Assembly (NCBI GenBank): GCA_002067095.1
Contig: MVQD01000038.1
Coordinates: forward strand, 25,959-89,958
Length of the DNA stretch: 64,000 nt
Source: Methanoregulaceae archaeon PtaB.Bin056
Lineage (GTDB): Archaea > Halobacteriota > Methanomicrobia > Methanomicrobiales > Methanospirillaceae
Direction: 5' to 3'
In this document: in pieces, positions 47,315 through 55,999 of the stretch
Position numbering within the stretch: the first letter of the stretch is position 1
How the letters are laid out: every line of letters starts with the position of its first letter
Notes under the pieces: model-generated
What the model saw: only the letters and a program-made list of their open reading frames with translations
Database searches by the model: none
What the model was told of the DNA's origin: nothing
Translations under genes and position numbers: made by a program

Positions 47315-48364
47315 ATGGGACGGTTTGCAGGCTGGGAACATGTTGAGGTTGTTGACGACGAGGGGACCTGCCGTGACGCAATTGCCCCTGTGATCATCTC
47401 TGCCAGCCGATCCACGGATATCCCCGCATTCTTCGGAGAATGGTTCATTCAACGCCTTGCGAGTGGACACGCGGCCTGGACCAACCCCTGGAACGGGCAG
47501 ACGAGGTACGTCTCATTTGCTCGTACCCGGGTATTCGCCTTCTGGTCCAAAAATCCGCGCCCTTTCATGGCGCACCTTCACTCCATCGGGGAGATGGGCT
47601 ACTCCTATTATTTTCTCTTCACCTTAAACGACTATGAATCAGAAGGCCTCGAACCGGGTATTCCAAAGTTGTCCGAAAGATTGAAGACTTTTTTTGACCT
47701 TTCCGGCATGATCGGACCCGGGAGGGTTGTCTGGCGGTTTGATCCGCTCCTCCTCTCGGACACCCTTGGCGTTGATGACCTCCTCTCGAGGATTGAGAGG
47801 ATTGGTACCTCCCTGCGCCGCCATACCCGTCGCATGGTGATCAGCTTCATTGACATAGAAAAATATCCGGTTGTCCGAAGGAACCTCGCGAAGAGCGGTT
47901 TTTCAGGAGTCCGGGAGTTCTCAGAAAAGGAGATCGACCTCTTCTGCAGCGGACTGTCCGAGATGAATTCAGAATGGGGACTCTTACTCTCTGCCTGCGG
48001 AGAGGAGCGAGACCTCTCGTCTTACGGGATCAGCAGGGGGCAGTGCATCAGCGGTGACCTGATAAAAGAGGAGTTCTGTCACGACAAGGCACTCATGCAG
48101 TTCATTGGTGAACCTGGAACCAAAAGGGTCAAGCAGCCCGGCAGTATCCCATTCCGGCACCTCAGGGATCCCGGCCAGAGAGGGGCGTGCGGGTGCATCG
48201 CGAGCAAGGACATCGGGCAGTATTCGACCTGTATGCACCTCTGCCGTTACTGCTATGCGAATGCGTCTGCACGGGCCGTGGAAGCGAATTTCCGGAAGTA
48301 TCAGGCCTTGCTTCAGAAGGGGATGTTTTTGGAATCGATCTGCGGGAACCAAAAAAGCATATAA
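47315..48364 (+). CDS. DUF1848-family protein (Fe-S, DNA-repair-photolyase-like fold)
   Basis: ISASRSTDIPAFFGEWFIQRL N-terminal block and the C-terminal Cys cluster CGCIASKDIGQYSTCMHLCRYCYAN. Confidence 0.7.
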   Translation: MGRFAGWEHVEVVDDEGTCRDAIAPVIISASRSTDIPAFFGEWFIQRLASGHAAWTNPWNGQTRYVSFARTRVFAFWSKNPRPFMAHLHSIGEMGYSYYFLFTLNDYESEGLEPGIPKLSERLKTFFDLSGMIGPGRVVWRFDPLLLSDTLGVDDLLSRIERIGTSLRRHTRRMVISFIDIEKYPVVRRNLAKSGFSGVREFSEKEIDLFCSGLSEMNSEWGLLLSACGEERDLSSYGISRGQCISGDLIKEEFCHDKALMQFIGEPGTKRVKQPGSIPFRHLRDPGQRGACGCIASKDIGQYSTCMHLCRYCYANASARAVEANFRKYQALLQKGMFLESICGNQKSI

Positions 48365-48387
48365 CTCCTGCCCGGCAACACCACCAT

Positions 48388-48906
48388 ATGACAGAAAGGG
48401 ACCCCTTCCCTCCGGAGATGAAGTGGCAGGTTTCGTCCCGGCTGGTCGCGAGCATCCCGGTGATGTACGACATCACATTCCGGGATGCAGTGGGAGATCG
48501 CTATGATACACTCGAGCAGCAGATATGGGTGTACCTCGCACGAGAGGCTCGCGCTCTTGCTGACAGTGGGAACCTCCCCACCCGCGATGCCCGCGACCTG
48601 ATGGAGACGCTCCGGGTTATATTCAGAGTCTTCTTCGGTCCGGATCTCCGCACCGAGGAGGTCCCTATCAACCCTGAGCGGGCAGTCCTGATGGTCACGC
48701 GATGTCCGTTCCTCTTTCGCGAGATGGAGATGAGAACAGGCTCCGAGCATCTGCTCTCCCGTTGCCTCTCTTTCTCCATTGCGACCGTAGAGGCGTTGAA
48801 CCCCGGCTATACTCTGCGATTCGTGAGAAGCATGTGCACCGGAGACCGTACCTGTGAACTCAAGATCATGAAGCGCGAGGACGCAGAGAAGGACGACGCC
48901 CGCTGA
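48388..48906 (+). CDS. hypothetical protein (possibly ATC-hydrolase-like family)
   Basis: The start is taken at MTERDPF (ATG at 48388). The C-terminus is MCTGDRTCELKI. The family call is tentative. The track start at 48187 overlaps the previous gene. Confidence 0.5.
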   Translation: MTERDPFPPEMKWQVSSRLVASIPVMYDITFRDAVGDRYDTLEQQIWVYLAREARALADSGNLPTRDARDLMETLRVIFRVFFGPDLRTEEVPINPERAVLMVTRCPFLFREMEMRTGSEHLLSRCLSFSIATVEALNPGYTLRFVRSMCTGDRTCELKIMKREDAEKDDAR

Positions 48907-48961
48907 TCCTCACCCCCGCGCCATAATGCAAGGGCCCTGTATTCCTCTTCATGGTGGCACG

Positions 48962-50347
48962 TCAGGAGTCTAGTGTCCCCGCGTTCTCCGCGCCCCGTTT
49001 TTTTCCCCTGACCAGGGAGAAGGCAAGACCAACAACACAGAGTGCAAAGAAGAGCAGGAACGCGATGTGGATGCTTTCGATGAATTCAGGGATGTTCCAC
49101 TCCCCGATCTCCTCCCTGCCGATACTGGTCGCAAAGATGGTCATTGCAAGCCCCATCGAGAGCATCTGCCCGAGAAGGCGCATTGTACCCACCATGCCTG
49201 ACGCGACACCATAAGACCGCCGGTCCACCGAACCGAGAATGGCATTGGTATTCGGTGACGAGAAGAACCCAAAACCCACTCCGAGAAAGAGAAGGCATCC
49301 CAGGATAAAAGGGATGGAAGAGCCTGCATCGAGGAACGTGAGAAGAAAGAGCCCTGCAACCGTGACTGCCATTCCCCCAGAGGCCACGAGTCCAGGATCT
49401 ATGTTGTCAGAGAGTTTTCCTGCCAATGGGGAGAAGAGTGCCTGCATCGCGGGCTGGGCCACGAGGATGAGCCCGGCATACTCGGCCGTGAAATCCTTGG
49501 CGACCTGGAGGTAGAGCGAGAGGAGGAAGGTGACTGCGTAGGTTGCGCTGTAGTTGATCAGGGCGGCGAAGTTCGAGAAGGCAAAGACCCGGTTCCCTAG
49601 GAACAACTGCATGTTAAGGACAGGCGAAGGAGATCGGAGTTCGAAGGCCCCAAATACAACAAGGAGGACGATTCCCGTTCCTATCAGGGCCGCTCCCGCA
49701 AGTGAGGGGAGGATCGACAAGCCGTAGATTGTGGCAATGAGAGAGACCGCCCAGAGTAGCGACCCGGCGATATCGAACTGCTGGCCGGGCTCATCCCGCC
49801 ATTCAAGAGGGAGTTTCCAGATGGCAAAAACGATACAGAGGATGCCGAGCGGGGCATTGACAAGGAAGATGCTTCTCCATCCGAGCCTCTCGGTCATGAT
49901 CCCCCCGAGGAACGGGCCGAGCGAGAGCCCCAGGTATACTGCAGCGATGGTAATTCCGAGCACTTTTCCGCGCTCCCGTGGATGATAGGCCGCGGATAGG
50001 ATGGCAAGACTCGTCCCGAATATCATCGCGCATCCGGCCCCCTGCAGGAGGCGCAGACCAATCAACATGCCGGCATCGGCCGAGAATGCCAGCAGTACCG
50101 ATGCCGCGGAGAATGTGCTGATCCCGATGAGGAACATCCTCTTCCTCCCCTTCATGTCGGCAAGTTTTCCAAACGGCACGAGGAGAATGGCAATGGAAAG
50201 GAGATACGAAGTGGTGATCCAGGAGAGAGTCACCGCATCAAGGGAGAACTCTTGCCCGATTGCAGGGAGAGCGATATTGACCGCAGACCCATCGAAAGGG
50301 GTGATGAAACTGCTGATCACCGCGATAAAGAGGATCACTCTCTGCAT
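48962..50347 (-). CDS. MFS transporter, DHA2/EmrB-like (14-TM)
   Basis: The start is at MQRVILFIAVISSF (50347). The FGKLADMKGRKRMF loop 2-3 motif is present. Length is about 460 aa. Confidence 0.85.
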   Translation of the reverse strand: MQRVILFIAVISSFITPFDGSAVNIALPAIGQEFSLDAVTLSWITTSYLLSIAILLVPFGKLADMKGRKRMFLIGISTFSAASVLLAFSADAGMLIGLRLLQGAGCAMIFGTSLAILSAAYHPRERGKVLGITIAAVYLGLSLGPFLGGIMTERLGWRSIFLVNAPLGILCIVFAIWKLPLEWRDEPGQQFDIAGSLLWAVSLIATIYGLSILPSLAGAALIGTGIVLLVVFGAFELRSPSPVLNMQLFLGNRVFAFSNFAALINYSATYAVTFLLSLYLQVAKDFTAEYAGLILVAQPAMQALFSPLAGKLSDNIDPGLVASGGMAVTVAGLFLLTFLDAGSSIPFILGCLLFLGVGFGFFSSPNTNAILGSVDRRSYGVASGMVGTMRLLGQMLSMGLAMTIFATSIGREEIGEWNIPEFIESIHIAFLLFFALCVVGLAFSLVRGKKRGAENAGTLDS

Positions 50348-50567
50348 CGTGGGGGTGATAGTCCCATTCCCGGCACTCTTCTCCGTACTGCACCATCCCC
50401 GGTCAGGTTGAGGAGAAGTGTGTACTGAAACCTGATGAGGGTTTGGAGTCTGATTCCGTACGCAAACTCCGGGAAGAAAGGCTGCTTTTTGGCATCCGTC
50501 GGGTACTTCGTTCCTGCAGTTTCCCGTGACTTTCTTCTGCTCACACACCAGAATGTGAAGGGGAGAT

Positions 50568-51257
50568 GTGGCTCAATTGAGACTGGGGGTGCTCTGTTCA
50601 GGCGGGAAAGACTCGCTCTTTTCCTGCTTTCGCGCAATGCAGGAGGAAGAGGTCGCCTGCCTTGTCACCCTGGTCCCGGAAAACCCCGAGAGTTACCTTT
50701 TCCATACCCCGAACCTGCACCTGGTTCCCCTCCAGGCCGAGGCCGCGGGACTGCCGCTTGTCTCGGAGATCACAACTGGGATCGAGGAGGAGGAGATTGA
50801 CGACCTGTCCCGGGCACTCGCGGTCGCCGCCGACCGGCATGGTATCGAGGGAGTAGTAACGGGTGCACTCATGTCGGTGTACCAGTCCACGCGGATACAG
50901 CGTGTCTGCCATGACCTCGGTCTCTGGTGCTTCAATCCCCTTTGGTACCGAGACCCGGAGCGTTACATGGAACAGCTGATCACATCCGGGTTCCGTGTGA
51001 TTGTGTCGGGCGTATTCTCCGCCCCATTTGATGCCTCGTGGCTTGGACGTGAGATTGACCTCGAGGCGCTGTCTGCGCTGAAGCAGTATGCCAGGGATTT
51101 TCGAATCACCCTTACGGGGGAGGGGGGAGAATACGAGACACTGGTCCTGGACGCTCCCTTTTTTCAAAGGAGAATCGCGATCGAAGAATCAGTGTACTGG
51201 TACAAAAATTACAGGGGAGTCCTCGAAGTGAAGAAGGCACGCCTGGAGGAACGATGA
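50568..51257 (+). CDS. dph6: diphthine-ammonia ligase (Dph6 / MJ0570-like ATP pyrophosphatase)
   Basis: The GTG start is preceded by GAAGGGGAG. PP-loop LCSGGKDS. ESYLFHTPNLHLVPLQAEAAGLPL and GEGGEYETLVLDAPFF are characteristic. Confidence 0.85.
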   Translation: MAQLRLGVLCSGGKDSLFSCFRAMQEEEVACLVTLVPENPESYLFHTPNLHLVPLQAEAAGLPLVSEITTGIEEEEIDDLSRALAVAADRHGIEGVVTGALMSVYQSTRIQRVCHDLGLWCFNPLWYRDPERYMEQLITSGFRVIVSGVFSAPFDASWLGREIDLEALSALKQYARDFRITLTGEGGEYETLVLDAPFFQRRIAIEESVYWYKNYRGVLEVKKARLEER

Positions 51258-51814
51258 TCCTTCTTGTTGATCCCGGCTTCCGGGCGGGGTCCCTTTCAAT
51301 GGATGAATTCGTGCTTCCTGTCGGGCGAATCGTGGAGCGGAGCGAAAGGGACTGGAGATGCCAGCACTATGCAGACATGGAGACGGAAATCCCGGTGGGA
51401 ACCGAAGGTGTCATCATTTGCGGGACTGCGCTGAAGGATAACGGTTTCCTTGCTGCCATCGACCGGTTCGACTGGCTGAAAAAGGCAGGAGTCCCGGTGC
51501 TCGGCATCTGCGCGGGCATGCAGGTGCTCTGTCTTGTGTTTGGCGGAACGGTGAGAGAAGGGTGCGAGATAGGGATGACGGAGGTCCATGTGACGGTACC
51601 ACATCCAATACTTCCGCCGCCGCCTTCATTCCAGGCATACGAGCTCCATTCCTTCTCGTGCGAGCCGCCTGCGGGATGGGAGACGCTCGCCGTCTCGGCT
51701 GCATGCGTCCAGGCAACGCGCGATCCCCATCACCCGCGTTTTGGGGTGATGTTTCACCCTGAAGTGCGCAATGATCGCGTGGTGGAGGCATTCCTGGAGA
51801 TGTGCGGCGGGTAA
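51254..51814 (+). CDS. class-I glutamine amidotransferase, stand-alone (GuaA-A-like size)
   Basis: Nucleophile elbow GICAGMQ and His-Glu FHPE. Its ATG overlaps the dph6 stop (ATGA at 51254-51257). Confidence 0.8.
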   Translation: MILLVDPGFRAGSLSMDEFVLPVGRIVERSERDWRCQHYADMETEIPVGTEGVIICGTALKDNGFLAAIDRFDWLKKAGVPVLGICAGMQVLCLVFGGTVREGCEIGMTEVHVTVPHPILPPPPSFQAYELHSFSCEPPAGWETLAVSAACVQATRDPHHPRFGVMFHPEVRNDRVVEAFLEMCGG

Positions 51815-51855
51815 GTGGATGTAAACGCCACGCTCCTGCCGGCACGTGGTGCCTC

Positions 51856-53034
51856 TCAACCGACAGAGAGACCGTTCTCTTCTGCAATCCCGATAAGCGA
51901 GGAGGCGACATGCCCTGCCTGTGCACGCGTCATGCCGTAGGTGTTGAACTTCCAGACTTTTGTCGCACCGGGGATTGTGCCGGCGATACCCCTGGCCCTG
52001 AGAGCGCTCGAGAGGAAATATCCACGTTTCTTGTGGTTCTTTGCTGCCATGTCAAAGGATCTCGTCGTGTCCACGCGGGTGAGGGTATGCTTCCGGGGAT
52101 ATTCGCTCCGGATCTCTGTCCCCTCGATCCGCCTCAATGCATCGACGACAAGGGCACCGTTTGCCAGTTCGTCGTCCCAGCGCTTTACGCGCTCGCGAAC
52201 CCGCGGAAACGATGCCATCATCCCGATGAGCGTGACTCCCATGAGCGTACAGCCCATCATCTCTACTTCCTTTATCCCAAACGTCCGGGAGGTCACGTCT
52301 GTTTTCACCGCCGTGGTGCGAAAGACCCTGGTCGCCCACTCAGCGGTTGCGGCCAGCACGCCCGAAGGCGCAGGGGAGGCCATGCTCTTGTGCCCTGAGC
52401 CCACGAGAAAGTCAGCACCGAGATCTTTCCCGTTCACATCCATTATCCCGACCGTGTAGGCCCCGTTGACAAGGACCGGAATGTCGTACTGGTGGGCGAC
52501 TTTTGCGATATCCCTGACAGGGTGAAGGTTTCCGTACTGGTAGTCAACCTGGTCGATAAAGAGGAGGGAGGGTGCCTTTCCAGTCTCCCTTATTACGGAC
52601 TCTATCTTCCCGGCCGCTGCCTCCGGAGTGATGAGGTTTTCTGGTGTCTTTGGTATCTCCCTGATGAGACCTCCCCTCGCCTCGATGGCCAGCACCTCGG
52701 TATAATGGGAGAGGGCCGTGATCAGCACGGGGTCATCCTTCTGGACGCAGGTGTCCACCACTGCCTGGAACCCGCGGCGGGCTCCGGGGACCACCCGTGC
52801 GACGTCCATGTGCAGGAATGCCGCAAGGTCCCTGAAGAAGACATCCACTGGGGGGGTCTTGATAAAGTCGAGCCGGAAGGGTTTCCGGCAGTGATCGCAG
52901 ACCGAGTATCCGTCGCCGTACGCAATGACGGCTTTCATGGCTTCAGGGGTAAGCCGCCCGCCTACCTGGATAGGGTCGATGTTGATGCATGACTCGTCCA
53001 GGTCCCGGACCTCGATCTCGCCTGCGCACTTCAT
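51856..53034 (-). CDS. pscS: O-phospho-L-seryl-tRNA:Cys-tRNA synthase (SepCysS)
   Basis: 392 aa. INIDPIQVGGRLTPEAMKAV N-terminal block, SGHKSMASPAPSG PLP-lysine region, and a C-terminus typical of SepCysS. Confidence 0.88.
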   Translation of the reverse strand: MKCAGEIEVRDLDESCINIDPIQVGGRLTPEAMKAVIAYGDGYSVCDHCRKPFRLDFIKTPPVDVFFRDLAAFLHMDVARVVPGARRGFQAVVDTCVQKDDPVLITALSHYTEVLAIEARGGLIREIPKTPENLITPEAAAGKIESVIRETGKAPSLLFIDQVDYQYGNLHPVRDIAKVAHQYDIPVLVNGAYTVGIMDVNGKDLGADFLVGSGHKSMASPAPSGVLAATAEWATRVFRTTAVKTDVTSRTFGIKEVEMMGCTLMGVTLIGMMASFPRVRERVKRWDDELANGALVVDALRRIEGTEIRSEYPRKHTLTRVDTTRSFDMAAKNHKKRGYFLSSALRARGIAGTIPGATKVWKFNTYGMTRAQAGHVASSLIGIAEENGLSVG

Positions 53035-53216
53035 GGCAGAAGCTCCCGGCGCAGGGTCTTCACTCTCTCCTCGAGGCCGTCCAGCAGTGCGAGTGTCTCA
53101 TCCCGCTGGGCCGGCGAGAGGACATGCGCCGGGGCGGTCTCCCGGAGCATCACCCGTATGTCGGTGAGGATGAACATCGCCTCGAATACCGCATCGATTG
53201 CCGGTCTGGACACCAT
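53031..53216 (-). CDS. small helical protein translationally coupled to SepCysS
   Basis: 61-aa ATG-initiated ORF. Its TGA overlaps the SepCysS ATG (ATGA at 53031-53034). The C-terminal half is amphipathic (DETLALLDGLEERVKTLRRELLP). Confidence 0.5.
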   Translation of the reverse strand: MVSRPAIDAVFEAMFILTDIRVMLRETAPAHVLSPAQRDETLALLDGLEERVKTLRRELLP

Positions 53217-53370
53217 ATCACCATATGAATATACAGGATCCGACTTTAAGATACCCGGTCAAGAGCGCTTCGGGAGGGAGCATTCCGGTCACCCGGCCCC
53301 TTCCCAGAGACCCACGCGTGCGCTGCGGGAAGATATCGCCCGGTCATTCTGGGGCAGCGGGCCGTCTCTC

Positions 53371-54993
53371 TCAGAACGCTCGATCAAGTCCGTCGGTGAT
53401 GGAGGGGGACTGGATCCTGTTCAGCACGCCGATGTAGTCCTCGAACCTGTGGATCCGTGTACTGACCGGGAACGGAATGCCGATGGTGCTGATAATGGCC
53501 TCGCCCCTGTCGAGTGTCTGGATCTCGATCTCCATCCTCGAGAGGTCCTGCTTTGCGCTGCCCATGATGATGTCACGGTCGCCACGGTCACCAAGGCCCA
53601 TGACCACGAAGGTGTTGATCTGCGCAAGCACCCTGGGGTCGATATTCTTGGGCTGCTGGGTGATGACACAGAGCCCGACGCCGAATTTGCGTCCTTCCAT
53701 GGCACATTCACGGAAGACCTGCGTTGAGGCGCCGCCGCTTGCAAGCACACGCTGGGCCTCTTCGATTGTGATAAGGACCTGGTGGGTGGACTCCTGCCGT
53801 TCGTCGATCCCGAATGTCCGCGCATCAGAGCGGTGGCGCTCCATGATGGTGCGGGTGATGATCGAGAGGACGAAGAGTTCGCTGCGTTCGCTCATATCCG
53901 GGATATCGACAAGCACCACGCGGTTGTCGTGGAGATGGGCGATTATTTCGGGGATGGACGATCCCTTCGGCTTGAAGAAGGCCCGGTTGCCATTGACGAT
54001 ATTCTCGATATGGCTCTTGATTACCCGGACCGGCCCGCCCATGGAGTTTCGTATCTTCCATGCCAGGCTCCCCTCGCCTACCCCTGAAGAGACCGGGTCC
54101 CTGATGGGAAAGATCTCGGGATCGATTGATTTGAAGAACCCTATGACCTCACTTCCGGGGACGCCCGAGAATGCCTCTACGATCTCAGACTGCGCCGCGG
54201 AGAGGTCGTAGAGGATGGCAAGGTCACCTATGCGGAAATCATCGTACTCGATGGAGAGCCGGTTCAGCCCATACTTCTTCCTGTCGTCCTCGGCGCGAAT
54301 GGTAAAGACGGAGAGTCCCTCCCTGCCCGCAGTGAAATGGACAAGGCCGGAGGTTGGCTCTCCGATGGATGATCTGCCGCCGCGCACGTACTCGCCGTGT
54401 GGGTCAACGATGAGCAGCCCGAATTTCCTTGCCTTCATGCAGGAGGCACAGAACACCCTCATGAAGTTACTCTTGCCCATGCCGGTCGTTGCAAAGACCC
54501 CCATGTGCTGGGGGAGGATCCGGCTCGGGATACGTACGGCCACGTCGCGGATCACGTCCTGTCCGCTTCGCATGAGGCCGACCTCTATCTCTCCCATGAG
54601 ATCGGTCAGGAACGAAAAGTCCTCTGCATCAGGATCTCCGACGAGGGAGAACTTCGAGGGGATCGTCCGCGGCTTATGGAATCCCCCGGACGAGTTCTCC
54701 ACGAATCCGAGGGGGACGGCATCCACCACGAGGAAGACATCCTCCCCGAGGCCGTAGAACTCCTCGGCATACACCCGGGTGTCCCACCGGGAATCGGCAA
54801 AGTTGCTGTCATGGGAGAGATCGGTGATCTTTGCAAAGAAGGTCACGTTCTTCGTGGTGTCGGTGATCTTCTTGATCTGTCCGATGTAGAGTGCTGCATC
54901 GTAGGGGGCAATGAACTTATACGAAAGGACCGATCGCCCAATTAACCGGTATTTTGATTTGTCTTCCCTGTCAATATCGCGCAAATTCATCAT
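53371..54993 (-). CDS. herA: HerA-type hexameric ATPase/helicase
   Basis: Walker A ATTGMGKSN, Walker B VLITIEEAQRV, and an N-terminal HAS-barrel-like region. The start is at MMNLRD (54993 or 54990), overlapping the nurA 3' end. Confidence 0.85.
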   Translation of the reverse strand: MMNLRDIDREDKSKYRLIGRSVLSYKFIAPYDAALYIGQIKKITDTTKNVTFFAKITDLSHDSNFADSRWDTRVYAEEFYGLGEDVFLVVDAVPLGFVENSSGGFHKPRTIPSKFSLVGDPDAEDFSFLTDLMGEIEVGLMRSGQDVIRDVAVRIPSRILPQHMGVFATTGMGKSNFMRVFCASCMKARKFGLLIVDPHGEYVRGGRSSIGEPTSGLVHFTAGREGLSVFTIRAEDDRKKYGLNRLSIEYDDFRIGDLAILYDLSAAQSEIVEAFSGVPGSEVIGFFKSIDPEIFPIRDPVSSGVGEGSLAWKIRNSMGGPVRVIKSHIENIVNGNRAFFKPKGSSIPEIIAHLHDNRVVLVDIPDMSERSELFVLSIITRTIMERHRSDARTFGIDERQESTHQVLITIEEAQRVLASGGASTQVFRECAMEGRKFGVGLCVITQQPKNIDPRVLAQINTFVVMGLGDRGDRDIIMGSAKQDLSRMEIEIQTLDRGEAIISTIGIPFPVSTRIHRFEDYIGVLNRIQSPSITDGLDRAF

Positions 54994-55999
54994 GGTAATC
55001 TCCAAAGAGGATCTCAAAGGTCTGTCGTCCGATCCCTGTCGCAGCGATGCGGCGCATCAGGTCAGACCTTGCCTGCTCCACGATCTCACTGGTCAGCACC
55101 ACAGTTCTGTGGGCATCGAGCAGGGGATAAGGATACCCAGGGACCCTGCCATCCCCTGAACATCCTGCGAGGCGGCTCATGATCCCGGAAACCTGGCGGT
55201 CAGGGATCCCGGGTACCAGGTCCACCTTCAGGGGCGACCTTGCCCTCGGGTGAAGGCATACGACATATGCCTGGCCATGCTGCCACTGGGTATACTGGGT
55301 GTGGTCGAGTATCTCCTGGTCAACCCGTATCCACCAGGGGGCCGGGATCCCGAATTTTTCTGCGAGCCCCGCGATCGAGGGGAGAAGCGGGTATCCCCCA
55401 CCCCAGGTTGCAGACGTGTTCTTGCTCACCCCAACAAGATGGATCCGATTTTCACCGCAGGTGTCTTTGATAAGGGATAGGACCGGGTCATGGCTTGCGT
55501 GGGAGACCCGGAGCGGCCCGTCGCGGAGGAGGATTGCGCCCGGTGACAGGGAATGCGACATCTGCCGGGTTATCCAGAATTCCAGGGTGTCACGAAGCAC
55601 AGCTGCGGTGCGTGTCCGGTCATCGTTTCCAAGCTGCGTTCCCGGCGCGTGGCCGAAGCATTCCAGATAAAGACCGGGGAAGTCCTCGTTCTCATCAGCA
55701 GGACCGATGAGAGAGAAAAGAATGGGCGAGAGCGACCTGCTGACCCTCTCGCGGTCAAAGAAGGTGCTCTGCGCTGCCCGAAACCCTGCAACTGCCATGC
55801 TCCCGGACTCAAGCAGGAGAGCGTTGCTCCCGTCCACTCCACACACTTCCCGGCTCGGGACGGGGACACAGGGACAAAAATCATCCTTTGTAACCTCTCC
55901 TTCCTGACATAAGCGATCTGAGAGGTCTTTTGGGACTATCGACCGGATGCGCCTTGCGGTTGCCTCTGCGGCAGTCTCCAAAAGAGCGTCCTTTTCCAT
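54971..55999 (-). CDS. nurA: NurA 5'-3' nuclease
   Basis: GVDGSNALL catalytic Asp motif, length 342 aa, and its position between rad50 and herA. Confidence 0.8.
   Translation of the reverse strand: MEKDALLETAAEATARRIRSIVPKDLSDRLCQEGEVTKDDFCPCVPVPSREVCGVDGSNALLLESGSMAVAGFRAAQSTFFDRERVSRSLSPILFSLIGPADENEDFPGLYLECFGHAPGTQLGNDDRTRTAAVLRDTLEFWITRQMSHSLSPGAILLRDGPLRVSHASHDPVLSLIKDTCGENRIHLVGVSKNTSATWGGGYPLLPSIAGLAEKFGIPAPWWIRVDQEILDHTQYTQWQHGQAYVVCLHPRARSPLKVDLVPGIPDRQVSGIMSRLAGCSGDGRVPGYPYPLLDAHRTVVLTSEIVEQARSDLMRRIAATGIGRQTFEILFGDYHDEFARY

Noticed and set aside
53371-55999. HerA + NurA-like pair as an anti-phage defence module
   Set aside because: They are embedded in a translationally coupled operon with bona fide Mre11 and Rad50, so this is the canonical archaeal end-resection machinery.
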